64,000 nucleotides of DNA from an uncultured Alphaproteobacteria bacterium (GTDB lineage Bacteria; Pseudomonadota; Alphaproteobacteria; Rhodobacterales; Rhodobacteraceae). Where the stretch lies: positions 29,156-93,155 of the forward strand of contig CACMAH010000005.1 of assembly GCA_902611605.1 (NCBI GenBank), given 5' to 3'. The stretch's first letter is position 1. Each line of letters begins with the position of its first letter. Made by a program: the position numbers and the translations under genes. The notes under the pieces were generated by a model. That model did not search any database, was not told where the DNA came from, and was given only the letters and a program-made list of their open reading frames with translations. Shown here piece after piece: positions 20,131 through 30,528 of the stretch.

Positions 20131-22902
20131 TTGAATATTGAATTAAAAAAAATATCTTTGAGCAAATCATTTCAAATGATGAACTCTTATTTAAAAGAAG
20201 AAAATATAATTGGGTGTATTGATTTAAATGACAATAATGAAATAAGAAGTAATACACTTGCTCAATTGAAGAGATTTAAAAAAAATATTTCTGGAAAGAT
20301 AGAAGTAATACTAAAAAAAAATCCTTACTTAGCACCTGAATCCCTTTCCGTATATACACTTATGAATGACATCATTATTCAGTCAGTTTCTAAAATTGTT
20401 ACAGAATATATATTCCCCTTAGTGAGCCCAACTAAAGGAGAATATATATCTGTCGTCGCATTAGGTGGGTATGCCAGGGCAGAGATGGCGCCATATTCGG
20501 ATATAGATCTCTTATTTTTAACACCCTACAAGCAAACAGCTTGGAGTGAAAATGTTATTGAAACAATTTTGTATTTATTATGGGATTTAGGCCTTAAAGT
20601 TGGTCACTCAGTTAGAAATATTGATGAATGTTTAAGAATTGCCAAAACTGATATTACTGCTAGGACATCACTTTTAGAAAATAGATTCCTATTTGGAAGT
20701 ATTGAATTAGCTAATGAATTAAACAAAAAACTTTGGAAAGATATTTTTGAAAAATCTGCGCCTGAGTTTATTGAAAAAAAATTAGAAGAAAGAAATTTAA
20801 GACATAAAAAACAAGGATCTGAGAGATATTTATTAGAACCAAATATTAAGGAAGGCAAAGGGGGGTTAAGAGATCTACAAACACTTTATTGGATTTCAAA
20901 ATATGTTTATAAGATTTCAGATAAAAATGATTTAATTAACTATAAAATATTTACAAAAAATGATATGGACATCTTCTTCAAGGCTGAAGATTTTTTGTGG
21001 ACCATAAGATGCGCTCTTCATATTTTCACCAAAAGAGCTAATGAAATACTAAGTTTTGATTTACAAGTACCATTAGCAAAATCTTTAGGTTTTAAAAAAG
21101 GATCTGGTTTACTTGCCGTAGAAAACTTTATGCAAACATATTTTTTACATGCTAAAAATGTGGGTGAGTTGACAAGAATTTTGCTCGCTAAAATGGAATC
21201 TTTACACGTTAAAAAAAATCCAAGTTTTGTATCAAAATTAAAAAATGTTATAGCTGAAAATAATTTAAAGTTGGATAAAGGTTTTTTTATCTCAAACGGT
21301 CGGGTAGATGTAAGTGATTCAATTAATTTTCTTAAAAACCCACTAAATCAAATAAGACTATTTCAAAATGGACTAAAAAGTAGAAGATTAATCCATCCAA
21401 ATTCACTTCATTTAATTTCGAAAAATATAAATAATATTAACAAAAACTTTATAAAAGATCCAGAAGCAGCAAAAATTTTCATTGATGTTCTACTTAATTA
21501 TGGAGATCCAGAACGCGCTCTTAGAAGAATGAATGAAGTAGGTTTTCTTGGAAGATATATACCTGAATTTCAGAAAATCATAGGTATGATGCAATTTAAT
21601 ATGTACCATAAATATACTGTAGATGAGCATACTATTCAGTGTATAAAAATATTATCTCAAATTGAGCAAGGTTTTCTTACAGAGGATTTACCATTAGCAT
21701 CAAAAATTTTAAAAGAGGGAGTTAATCGAAAAGTTTTATATATGGCTTTACTTCTTCATGATGTAGGTAAAGGAAGGCCAGGAGATCATAGTATTTTAGG
21801 ATCAAAAATCTCAACTAAGGTTACAAAAAGACTTGGTTTTGAAGATCATGATATCAAATTAACATCATGGTTAATTGAAAACCACTTGCTTATGTCTGAC
21901 ATCTCTCAAAAGAGAGATCTATCAGAAGAAAAAACTATTCGTGATTTTGCTAATATTGTAAAATCTACAACAAGACTTAGGCTTCTTACAGTTTTAACCG
22001 TATGTGATATAAGGGGGGTTGGACCTGAAGTATGGAATAACTGGAAAGCTGTGATGATAAGAACTCTTTATTATAAGACAATTAATATTTTAAAAGAAAA
22101 CTATGAAATTACTTCTAGACCAGAACAAATTCAAAAGGCACAATCTGCATTAAAGGATGAATTAAAACACTGGGGAAAAAAACAAATTGATACTGAAATT
22201 AATAGGCATTATGCTGGTTTTTATTTGGGTTTAACCACCCAAACACAAGCAATTTTTTCTAATCTTGCGAAAAATATTGATACATTATCCATCAATTCAA
22301 AAGTTGAAACTGATCTAGCAAGAGACGCTACCAAAATTTGTTTCTTGATTGAAGATCACCCAGGAATTTTTTCAAGACTTACTGGCGCAATTGCATTATC
22401 AGGTGCAAATGTAATAGATGCTCGAACCTATACAACTTCAGATGGCTTTGCTACTTCTGTTTTTTGGTTACAAAATAAGGAAGGTAAACCATTTGAGGAA
22501 AATAGGTTAAATAAATTAAATCAAACAATTAATGAAGCATTAAAAGGCCAAATAATTGCACGCGATATTTTGAAAGAAAAAGGGAAAATCAAAAAGAAAG
22601 AAAAAGATTTTATAGTGCCTACTAACATAACTTTTGATAATGAAGGTTCAGAAATACATACTATCATTGAAATTGAAACAAGAGATCGACTAGGTCTGCT
22701 ATATGACTTAGCTAAGACGCTAAGCGATAATTATATATCTATCTCTTCTGCCATTATAGCTACGTTTGGAGAACAAGCAGTAGATACTTTTTACGTAAAG
22801 GATCTATTCGGACTGAAATTACATTCCCTTAGCAAAAGAGAAAAATTAGAACATAAACTTAAAGAAGCTATTCAAGCTGGGACTTTAATAGACCCTTATT
22901 AA
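20131..22902 (+). CDS. glnD: [protein-PII] uridylyltransferase/uridylyl-removing enzyme
   Basis: 923 aa with a TTG start. It has nucleotidyltransferase motif GGYARAEMAPYSDIDLLFL, HD domain LLLHDVGKG and two C-terminal ACT-like domains. Confidence 0.9.
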   Translation: MNIELKKISLSKSFQMMNSYLKEENIIGCIDLNDNNEIRSNTLAQLKRFKKNISGKIEVILKKNPYLAPESLSVYTLMNDIIIQSVSKIVTEYIFPLVSPTKGEYISVVALGGYARAEMAPYSDIDLLFLTPYKQTAWSENVIETILYLLWDLGLKVGHSVRNIDECLRIAKTDITARTSLLENRFLFGSIELANELNKKLWKDIFEKSAPEFIEKKLEERNLRHKKQGSERYLLEPNIKEGKGGLRDLQTLYWISKYVYKISDKNDLINYKIFTKNDMDIFFKAEDFLWTIRCALHIFTKRANEILSFDLQVPLAKSLGFKKGSGLLAVENFMQTYFLHAKNVGELTRILLAKMESLHVKKNPSFVSKLKNVIAENNLKLDKGFFISNGRVDVSDSINFLKNPLNQIRLFQNGLKSRRLIHPNSLHLISKNINNINKNFIKDPEAAKIFIDVLLNYGDPERALRRMNEVGFLGRYIPEFQKIIGMMQFNMYHKYTVDEHTIQCIKILSQIEQGFLTEDLPLASKILKEGVNRKVLYMALLLHDVGKGRPGDHSILGSKISTKVTKRLGFEDHDIKLTSWLIENHLLMSDISQKRDLSEEKTIRDFANIVKSTTRLRLLTVLTVCDIRGVGPEVWNNWKAVMIRTLYYKTINILKENYEITSRPEQIQKAQSALKDELKHWGKKQIDTEINRHYAGFYLGLTTQTQAIFSNLAKNIDTLSINSKVETDLARDATKICFLIEDHPGIFSRLTGAIALSGANVIDARTYTTSDGFATSVFWLQNKEGKPFEENRLNKLNQTINEALKGQIIARDILKEKGKIKKKEKDFIVPTNITFDNEGSEIHTIIEIETRDRLGLLYDLAKTLSDNYISISSAIIATFGEQAVDTFYVKDLFGLKLHSLSKREKLEHKLKEAIQAGTLIDPY

Positions 22903-22915
22903 TTTTGATAACACT

Positions 22916-24433
22916 ATGCACTTTAAATCCACTTTTTTAAAAAATTTTCTAACTGTAGGTTTATGGACTTTTGTTAGTCGCATATTTGGTTTTTGTAGAG
23001 ATATAATGTTAGCTGCATTTTTAGGTTCAGGTCCTATAGGAGAGGCGTTTATTATAGCATTCTCCCTACCTAATATTTTTCGAAGATTCTTTGCCGAAGG
23101 AGCTTTTAATGCAGCATTTATTCCAATGTTTAAAAAAAATATGCATAATAAAAAACAGTCCATTGAATTTACCAATAATACATTGTCTATGATGATTTTG
23201 ATATTATTTATCTTCACAATAATATCGATAATAATTATGCCTCTTCTAGTTTTTGCCATGGCAAGTGGTTTTCAAAATGATGTAAGGTTTGAAACTTCTG
23301 TTATTTATGGACGGATTACATTTCCATACATTTTTTTTGTTTCATTATCATCTTTATTTGCAGGAATATTGAACTCTTATGGAAAATTTGGAGTAGTTTC
23401 TGCAACACCAATTTTTTTAAACCTTTTTTTAATTTTTGCAATGATCCTATCCTACATTCTAGATTGGGAAGTAGGATTAATACTTTCTATTTCAATTCCT
23501 CTTTCTGGAATTTTACAACTGATAGTGTTAATACATACAACTAGAAAGCTAGGATACTTTCCAAAATTAAAAATACCAAAATTTAATGGAAAGATTAGAA
23601 AACTCCTTATTATTGCTTTACCAGCAGTTCTTACTGGTGGAGTAATACATATAAATTTGCTGGTAGGTAGACAAATCGCATCTTATTACGAGGGTGCAAT
23701 TGCGTGGCTTAATTATGCAGATAGATTATATCAACTTCCTCTAGGTGTAGTAGGTGTGGCTTTAGGAAGTGTACTTTTACCAAAATTATCTGAAAAAATT
23801 CCGTTAGATAATTCATATGAGTTGCATAATATCGTTAGCCATGCACTAAAAATAGCTGCTATTTTAATTTTTCCTGCCACAGCAGCTTTAATTATTTTAC
23901 CAGTACCAATTATTACTGTACTCTTTGAAAGAGGAGAATTTTCTATCATAGATAGTAAAAATACTGCTTCAGCATTATCAATTTATGCTACTGGTTTGCC
24001 TGCATTTGTTTTACATAAAATATTTACACCTATATTTTTTTCAAAGGGTGATACTAAAACTCCATTTAGAATTGCAGTATTTTCTATGCTGGCTAATATA
24101 ATATTAGCTATAAGCCTAATAGGTCATTTTGAATTTTTGGCTCCAGTTTTAAGTACAAGCATATCTAGCTGGATAATGGCTTTCGCACTATATCATAAAT
24201 CAAAAAAGCTAGGATTTTATTTTGATTGGAAATTAATAAAGGAGATAATTATGATTTTGGTATCTACAATTATTCTTTCCTTAGTTCTTATTTTGGCTCA
24301 AAAAGAGTGGTTTTATTTATTAACTACTAATAATTTTAGTTTATTTTATTTGATTATACTAATCTCTGCTAGTAGTAGCATTTACTTTTTAACTTTATGG
24401 TTTTTTGGTATTTTAAATAAAAATAAAAAATAA
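22916..24433 (+). CDS. murJ: lipid II flippase MurJ (MviN)
   Basis: 505 aa polytopic membrane protein. The N-terminus TVGLWTFVSRIFGFCRDIMLAAFLGSG..EAF..AF.LPNIFRRFFAEGAFNAAFIP is the conserved MurJ signature. Confidence 0.9.
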   Translation: MHFKSTFLKNFLTVGLWTFVSRIFGFCRDIMLAAFLGSGPIGEAFIIAFSLPNIFRRFFAEGAFNAAFIPMFKKNMHNKKQSIEFTNNTLSMMILILFIFTIISIIIMPLLVFAMASGFQNDVRFETSVIYGRITFPYIFFVSLSSLFAGILNSYGKFGVVSATPIFLNLFLIFAMILSYILDWEVGLILSISIPLSGILQLIVLIHTTRKLGYFPKLKIPKFNGKIRKLLIIALPAVLTGGVIHINLLVGRQIASYYEGAIAWLNYADRLYQLPLGVVGVALGSVLLPKLSEKIPLDNSYELHNIVSHALKIAAILIFPATAALIILPVPIITVLFERGEFSIIDSKNTASALSIYATGLPAFVLHKIFTPIFFSKGDTKTPFRIAVFSMLANIILAISLIGHFEFLAPVLSTSISSWIMAFALYHKSKKLGFYFDWKLIKEIIMILVSTIILSLVLILAQKEWFYLLTTNNFSLFYLIILISASSSIYFLTLWFFGILNKNKK

Positions 24434-24503
24434 CCTAAATATTGCCTTTTATTATTAAAAATATATTTATAAAAAACCCATGAGGCTTACGAAAGTGTAA
24501 AAT

Positions 24504-25526
24504 ATGAATGAAATTAAACACAAAAAAAGAATTTTCTCAGGTGTGCAACCTACTGGAAACCTTCACATAGGTAATTATTTAGGAGCAGTCAAAAATTTTG
24601 TTAAGTTTCAAAGTGCTGGTAACGAAACATTATACTGTATTGTTGACTTGCATGCGATAACTGTATGGCAGGATCCAGAAGAACTTAGAAATTCAATCAG
24701 AGAGTTAGCAGCAACTTTCATTGCTTGTGGTTTAGACTCAAACAAGTCAATTTTATTTAACCAAAGTCAGGTTAGTTCTCACTCTGAATTAGCTTGGGTA
24801 TTTAATTGTGTTACAAGAGTTGGGTGGTTGAACAGAATGACACAATTTAAGGATAAAGCAGGCAAAAATAAAGAAAATGCATCTGTTGGACTTTATGTCT
24901 ATCCCTCTTTAATGGCTGCTGACATATTGGCGTATCATGCGACACATGTGCCAGTAGGGGAAGATCAAAAGCAACATTTAGAATTAACTAGGGATATAGC
25001 TACTAAATTTAATAATGACTATAAAGTACCTAATTTTTTTCCTTGCCCAGAACCAATTATAGAAAAAACCTCTCCAAGAATTATGAGTTTAAGAGATGGT
25101 TCAAAAAAAATGTCTAAGTCTGAAACCTCAGATATGAGTAGAATAAACCTGACAGACGCTTCAGATCAAATAGCTTTAAAAATAAGAAAAGCTAAGACAG
25201 ACCAAGATCCTATACCAGAAGATATTTCTGGACTAGCGTCTAGACCAGAAGCTAGCAACTTAATAAATATATATTCTTCCTTTAAAGACTGTAATGTTCA
25301 AGAGGTTTTGAATGATTTTAGCGGAAAGCCTTTTAGTTTTTTTAAACCTAAACTCACTGAGCTAATTATAAATGAAATAAAACCTATTTCAAAAAAAATA
25401 AATGATCTTTTAAAAAATCCTGACCAGATAGACAATGTAATGAATAATGGTGCCGAAAAAGCTAGTGAAATTTCACATCCAATTATAGACTCTACTTTTA
25501 AAATTTTAGGTTTAAAAAATAATTAA
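24504..25526 (+). CDS. trpS: tryptophan--tRNA ligase
   Basis: 340 aa class I aaRS with a HIGH-type motif ([10 protein letters not shown]) and a KMSKS motif (KKMSKSE). Confidence 0.93.
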   Translation: MNEIKHKKRIFSGVQPTGNLHIGNYLGAVKNFVKFQSAGNETLYCIVDLHAITVWQDPEELRNSIRELAATFIACGLDSNKSILFNQSQVSSHSELAWVFNCVTRVGWLNRMTQFKDKAGKNKENASVGLYVYPSLMAADILAYHATHVPVGEDQKQHLELTRDIATKFNNDYKVPNFFPCPEPIIEKTSPRIMSLRDGSKKMSKSETSDMSRINLTDASDQIALKIRKAKTDQDPIPEDISGLASRPEASNLINIYSSFKDCNVQEVLNDFSGKPFSFFKPKLTELIINEIKPISKKINDLLKNPDQIDNVMNNGAEKASEISHPIIDSTFKILGLKNN

Positions 25527-25643
25527 ATAAATTTTAATTATCTTTATCTTCTTCCATATTGATATTTTGTTATTATAATGATGACTTAAATCTATTTTAT
25601 TTTACTGTGTTTAAGATTTTTTTAAATTTTGAAAGTCACAATA

Positions 25644-26102
25644 ATGAGAAAATTTTTAGTTGTAATGGATGATAGCCCTGAATTTGTAAATGCATTGCGT
25701 TTTGCAGCAATAAGAGCTTCTAAGACAGGTGGCCAAGTTGAAATATTAGGAATAATTACTCCCGAAGAGTTTCAGCATTGGATAGGAGTAGCCGAACAGA
25801 TGCGATTTGAAGCAAAAGAGAGAATTAAGGAACATTTTAATATTTTTGCTGAAATCATAGAAAAAGAGGAAGGCATTATACCTGAGCTAGTTATAAGAGA
25901 AGGGGAAAAAGTAACACAAGTTTTAGAGCAAGTTAAAGAAGATCCTGAGGTTGGAATAATAGTACTAGGCGCCGGAATATCTTCTGAAGGACCTGGACCT
26001 CTGGTCACACAGCTAGTTGCTAGACAAGGCGGTAGTTTACCTGTACCTGTGACAATAGTTCCTGGATCTATGACGAAAGAAGCAATTATTTCAGTTTCAT
26101 AA
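25644..26102 (+). CDS. universal stress protein (UspA family)
   Basis: About 152 aa from the ATG at MRKFLVVMDDSPE. It has a USP alpha/beta pattern with a C-terminal GSLPVPVTIVPG block. The track ORF begins 15 nt upstream on an alternative start. Confidence 0.7.
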   Translation: MRKFLVVMDDSPEFVNALRFAAIRASKTGGQVEILGIITPEEFQHWIGVAEQMRFEAKERIKEHFNIFAEIIEKEEGIIPELVIREGEKVTQVLEQVKEDPEVGIIVLGAGISSEGPGPLVTQLVARQGGSLPVPVTIVPGSMTKEAIISVS

Positions 26103-26187
26103 AAACTCTAGTTTAGAAAGATTCTAAATTTTGATTGATTCCTTTTACACTTTGTTGCATAGTAAGAAATTAATTGGAGAAATTAAA

Positions 26188-26748
26188 ATGTTTATACAGA
26201 CAGAATCCACACCAAATCCTGCAACTTTGAAATTTCTGCCTGGGCATACTGTTTTGCAGAATGGGACTGCAGATTTTCCTTCTAGAGCAAATTCAGACAA
26301 ATCCCCACTGGCAAAAAGAATTTTTAGTGTTGAAGGCGTAACTGGTGTATTTTTTGGGTCTGACTTTATTACAGTAACTAAAGAAAGCGATACTGAGTGG
26401 GAACATATTAAACCTGCCATTTTAGGTGTTATCCTTGAACATTTCCAATCAGGAGATCCTACACTCCTTGAGGAAAATGCAGAAAAAAATCATATGGATC
26501 ATGATGGTCCTGATGCAGAAATAGTAAATAAAATTAAAGAGTTACTTGATACTCGTGTACGTCCGGCAGTGGCTCAAGATGGTGGTGATATAACCTTTCA
26601 TGGATATGAATCAGGAATTGTTTACTTGCATATGCAAGGAGCATGTGCTGGTTGTCCATCTTCAACAATGACATTAAAAATGGGCATAGAGAATCTCTTA
26701 AAACATTTTATACCAGAAGTGCAGGAAGTTAGACCAATCGCAGCTTAG
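26188..26748 (+). CDS. NifU/Nfu-family Fe-S cluster scaffold/carrier
   Basis: MFIQTESTPNPATLKFLPG is the conserved Nfu_N start, and a C-terminal NifU domain carries CAGCPSS. The track ORF includes 19 extra upstream codons. Confidence 0.8.
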   Translation: MFIQTESTPNPATLKFLPGHTVLQNGTADFPSRANSDKSPLAKRIFSVEGVTGVFFGSDFITVTKESDTEWEHIKPAILGVILEHFQSGDPTLLEENAEKNHMDHDGPDAEIVNKIKELLDTRVRPAVAQDGGDITFHGYESGIVYLHMQGACAGCPSSTMTLKMGIENLLKHFIPEVQEVRPIAA

Positions 26749-26759
26749 ACCTAATAATA

Positions 26760-27413
26760 ATGTCTAATTTAAAGACTATATTGTCAATAGATACAGTACA
26801 CCCATTATACTCCATAGCTATTATTAATTCTAATGATGTTGTGTCAGAAATTTCTACCAAAAAGGATGAAAAACCTTCTGAACAAATAATAGAATTATTA
26901 GATAATTCACTTTTACAAGCAAATCTTGGAATGCATGACTTAGATTGTATTACTGTAGGTGTTGGGCCAGGTAATTTTACTGGTATTAGAGTAGGAATAT
27001 CTTTTGCAAAAGGTATCGCTTTTGCTTTGAATATAAAGTGCTTTGGAATTAATAGATTTCAAACTTTAGTTGATTCTGACCTTCCAACATTAGGAATTAT
27101 TAGTGCAAGAGAAAATTTGTTCTACACCCAGATGTTTATTAAAAAGAAACCCGTTTCAGATCCAGTTGAAGAAAATTTAATTAAAATACTTAATACCAAA
27201 TATGCTAAAGATACAATTATTTCTGGTGATAATGCTTTAACAATTTCACAAAAATTGGGGTTGAACTATGGAAAAGAAACGAGCATTTCTAAAGCATCAG
27301 AACTAGGTTTTTGTCTTATGGATTCAGATACTAATGGACTTATGCCTTCACCTATTTATGTAAAAGAACCTGACGCAAAATTACCTCTAGAACTAGCTCC
27401 CAAATTTTTATAA
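26760..27413 (+). CDS. tsaB: tRNA N6-threonylcarbamoyladenosine biosynthesis protein TsaB
   Basis: 217 aa with the VGVGPGNFTGIRVGISFAKG motif. It is followed by rimI, the usual pairing. Confidence 0.75.
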   Translation: MSNLKTILSIDTVHPLYSIAIINSNDVVSEISTKKDEKPSEQIIELLDNSLLQANLGMHDLDCITVGVGPGNFTGIRVGISFAKGIAFALNIKCFGINRFQTLVDSDLPTLGIISARENLFYTQMFIKKKPVSDPVEENLIKILNTKYAKDTIISGDNALTISQKLGLNYGKETSISKASELGFCLMDSDTNGLMPSPIYVKEPDAKLPLELAPKFL

Positions 27414-27417
27414 ATTA

Positions 27418-27867
27418 ATGGAAAATAAAGTTCTAAAATCTCTAGCAGATGAATTTTCAGATATACATTTAAAAAGTTTTAATCAACAGAACTTAAGGTT
27501 TTCTTCAAGATTTATTTTCTCTTTATTAATAAATCCCCAAATATCATATATTTATAAAAAAAATAAAGGATTTTGTATTTTTAGTATTAATAAAGAAGAT
27601 GCCGAAATAATTACTATGGCAGTAGTACCAAAATACCAGAATCATGGTATTGGATTTTTAATTCTGAATGAGCTTGACGAGGTATTACTGAAATCTAATT
27701 GCAAAAAAGTTTTTTTGGAAGTTGCTTCAAATAACCTGATAGCTTTGCATTTATATAAAAAAGTAGGTTTCCAAAATTTTGGTATAAGAAAAAATTATTA
27801 TAAAATCTTAAAAGATAAAAAAGTAGATGCAATTTTAATGAAAAAAGTTGTTAACGTACAAAAATAA
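27418..27867 (+). CDS. rimI: ribosomal-protein-alanine N-acetyltransferase (GNAT)
   Basis: 149 aa GNAT with acetyl-CoA motif VVPKYQNHGIGFLIL. Context downstream of tsaB supports the call. Confidence 0.7.
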   Translation: MENKVLKSLADEFSDIHLKSFNQQNLRFSSRFIFSLLINPQISYIYKKNKGFCIFSINKEDAEIITMAVVPKYQNHGIGFLILNELDEVLLKSNCKKVFLEVASNNLIALHLYKKVGFQNFGIRKNYYKILKDKKVDAILMKKVVNVQK

Positions 27868-27965
27868 ATATTTAAATATATTGGGAAACTGAATTCTTTT
27901 TATTGCACCCCATTAACAAAAGTCTCATAATTAGAAATTATTAAAAAGATTTATGAGGACTAGAA

Positions 27966-28994
27966 ATGAATTTTGAAAAATTTTTAAAAATATCAAGTGG
28001 AGCATTAGCTGGTGTGCTACTTTTGGGGATAAACTCAGCTCATGCATTTACAGCATGTCAAGTAACTGATGTAGGTGGAGTTGATGATAAGAGTTTTAAC
28101 CAAACCGCATGGAAAGGTGTTCAAGACGCCGTAGCCAAACACGGTGTTGATTCCAAATTACTAGAATCCAAATCAGAAACCGACTATGAACCACATTTAA
28201 ATTCAATGGTAAATGCTGGTTGTGACGTAATTATAGCTGTCGGATTTTTAATGGGCGAAGCTACAAAAAATGCAGCTGAAGCAAATAAAGGTTCTAATTT
28301 CACAATAATTGATTTTGCATATGACCCTACAGTTCCAAACATCTTAGGACAGGTTTTTGCTACTGATCAGGCTGCTTTTTTAGCTGGCTATTTATCAGCA
28401 GGAGTTAGTAAAACTGGTATAGTAGGAACTTTTGGGGGAATAAATATTCCACCAGTAACTGGTTTCATGGACGGCTTTGCATGGGGAGTAAAACACTACA
28501 ACAAGGTAAAAGGAAAAAATGTGCAAGTTCTAGGTTGGGATCCTGACGCTAAGGAAGGTTTATTTACCAACAATTTTGATTCTACTGATGATGGTAAAGC
28601 CTTTGCTCAAAACCTTTATGATGAAGGTGCAGATATCGTAATGCCCGTTGCAGGTCCTGTAGGTCTAGGTTCAGCTTCTTTGGCTGATGAGCTTGGAAGC
28701 GATAAACTTAAAATTATTGGTGTAGATGGTGACTGGACACAAACTGATCCTGCTAGAAAAGGTGTGTATCTTACATCAGTATTAAAGAAAATGGATGTAA
28801 CAGTTTTAAGTGTAATTGAATCAGTTAAATCTGGATCTTATTCTGGAGGAATAACAGTTGGAACATTAGAAAATGGGGGTGTAGGAATTGCACCTTACCA
28901 TGATTTAGCGAGTGAAGTTTCCAGTGAATTGGCTTCAGAAGTAGAAGCTCTACGAAAGGGAATTATATCTGGTTCTATCGTAATGAATAAATAA
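27966..28994 (+). CDS. BMP-family (Med/PnrA-like) ABC transporter substrate-binding protein, probably nucleoside-binding
   Basis: 342 aa with a signal peptide ending AFTAC. The blocks VTDVGGVDDKSFNQTAWKG and GFLMG...FLAGYL are typical of basic-membrane-protein-family binding proteins. Confidence 0.85.
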   Translation: MNFEKFLKISSGALAGVLLLGINSAHAFTACQVTDVGGVDDKSFNQTAWKGVQDAVAKHGVDSKLLESKSETDYEPHLNSMVNAGCDVIIAVGFLMGEATKNAAEANKGSNFTIIDFAYDPTVPNILGQVFATDQAAFLAGYLSAGVSKTGIVGTFGGINIPPVTGFMDGFAWGVKHYNKVKGKNVQVLGWDPDAKEGLFTNNFDSTDDGKAFAQNLYDEGADIVMPVAGPVGLGSASLADELGSDKLKIIGVDGDWTQTDPARKGVYLTSVLKKMDVTVLSVIESVKSGSYSGGITVGTLENGGVGIAPYHDLASEVSSELASEVEALRKGIISGSIVMNK

Positions 28995-29026
28995 ATTTTA
29001 TAAAATAACTGGGACGAAACAAACCT

Positions 29027-30526
29027 GTGAAATTAAAGTTAAATGAAATCAGTAAAAGTTTCGGCCCAGTTAAAGCTAATTCAGATATTAATTTAACTGT
29101 TAACCGCGGTGAAATCTTAGGTTTGCTTGGTGAAAACGGTGCAGGCAAAACCACGCTAATGAATATATTAACTGGTTTATATAAACCTGATAGTGGATCA
29201 ATATTAATTGATAACCAATTGAAAGTATTTCATAATCCTAGAGAAGCAAATAAAAATGGTGTAGGAATGGTTCATCAGCATTTTATGTTGGTGCCAGTTT
29301 TTTCAGTTACAGAAAATATCATCTTGGGTACTGAACCTACAACTACATTTAATAAAATAGATCTAACTAATGCTAAACAAAAAGTATTAAAAATAAGCTC
29401 AGAATATAATTTAGATGTTGATCCTGACCAACTAATTGAGAAATTACCCGTTGGAATACAACAAAGAGTTGAAATTATAAAAATATTATTTCGAGATGCC
29501 GAGATTTTGATTTTTGATGAACCTACTGCAGTCCTTACCCCACAAGAAGTAGTAGAATTTTTTGAGATAATTAAAAACTTAAAAAAGGCAGGAAAGGCTA
29601 TTATCTTTATTACGCATAAATTACATGAAGTATTAGAGGTATGTGATCGTATAAATGTTTTGAGAAGTGGGAAAATTGTAGGAGAAGAACTTCCCAAAAA
29701 AACAACTAATAAGAAATTAGCAGAATTGATGGTTGGTAGAAAAGTAAATCTTAAGACAAATAGACAAATTGTAGAAAAAGGAGAGGTGTTATTAGAAGTA
29801 AATAATTTAAGTATTTTATCTGAAAACAAAGAACCTTTATTATCAAATTTAGATGTAAAACTGCATAAAAATGAAATCCTAGGTATTGCTGGTGTTCAAG
29901 GAAATGGTCAAACAGAATTCATTGAGGCACTTACTGGATTAAGAAAAATATCAAGTGGAAAAATTTCTTATTTTGGTAAAGAATGCAAAAATTTTTCACC
30001 AAGAAAAATTCATCAGCTAGGAGTTAGACACATACCAGAAGATAGACAGAAACAAGGGCTAATTGGTGATTTTTCTTTAACTGAAAATATAATCCTTAAT
30101 ACTTATTACGAAAATAAATTTTCAAATAATATCGCTTTAAATTGGTCTAGTGCTAAAAAAGAAGCAAAAAGGATTATTGAAAAATTTGATGTAAGAACAA
30201 ACTCAGAAGAAATAAGTGCAGATAAATTATCAGGAGGAAACCAACAAAAACTTTTAATTGGTAGAGAAATGTCAAGATCAATTAATCTTCTTATAGCATC
30301 TCAACCGACACGTGGTGTTGATGTTGGATCAATAGAATATATCCATAATCAAATTGTTATGGCTAGAAACAAAGGAATTGGAGTATTATTGAATTCCACT
30401 GAATTAGACGAAATTATTGCTTTATCAGATAGAATAATTGTATTCTATGAAGGTAGAGTAATTGCAGAATTTCCATCTAATGCAGACCCAAATATAATTG
30501 GACTTGCGATGGCTGGGGTAAGTTAA
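29027..30526 (+). CDS. ABC transporter ATP-binding protein (duplicated ATPase)
   Basis: 499 aa with a GTG start. Walker A is GENGAGKTT; the first signature/Walker B region ends ILIFDEPT; the second half carries LSGGNQQKLLIGRE. Confidence 0.9.
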   Translation: MKLKLNEISKSFGPVKANSDINLTVNRGEILGLLGENGAGKTTLMNILTGLYKPDSGSILIDNQLKVFHNPREANKNGVGMVHQHFMLVPVFSVTENIILGTEPTTTFNKIDLTNAKQKVLKISSEYNLDVDPDQLIEKLPVGIQQRVEIIKILFRDAEILIFDEPTAVLTPQEVVEFFEIIKNLKKAGKAIIFITHKLHEVLEVCDRINVLRSGKIVGEELPKKTTNKKLAELMVGRKVNLKTNRQIVEKGEVLLEVNNLSILSENKEPLLSNLDVKLHKNEILGIAGVQGNGQTEFIEALTGLRKISSGKISYFGKECKNFSPRKIHQLGVRHIPEDRQKQGLIGDFSLTENIILNTYYENKFSNNIALNWSSAKKEAKRIIEKFDVRTNSEEISADKLSGGNQQKLLIGREMSRSINLLIASQPTRGVDVGSIEYIHNQIVMARNKGIGVLLNSTELDEIIALSDRIIVFYEGRVIAEFPSNADPNIIGLAMAGVS

Positions 30527-30528
30527 AA

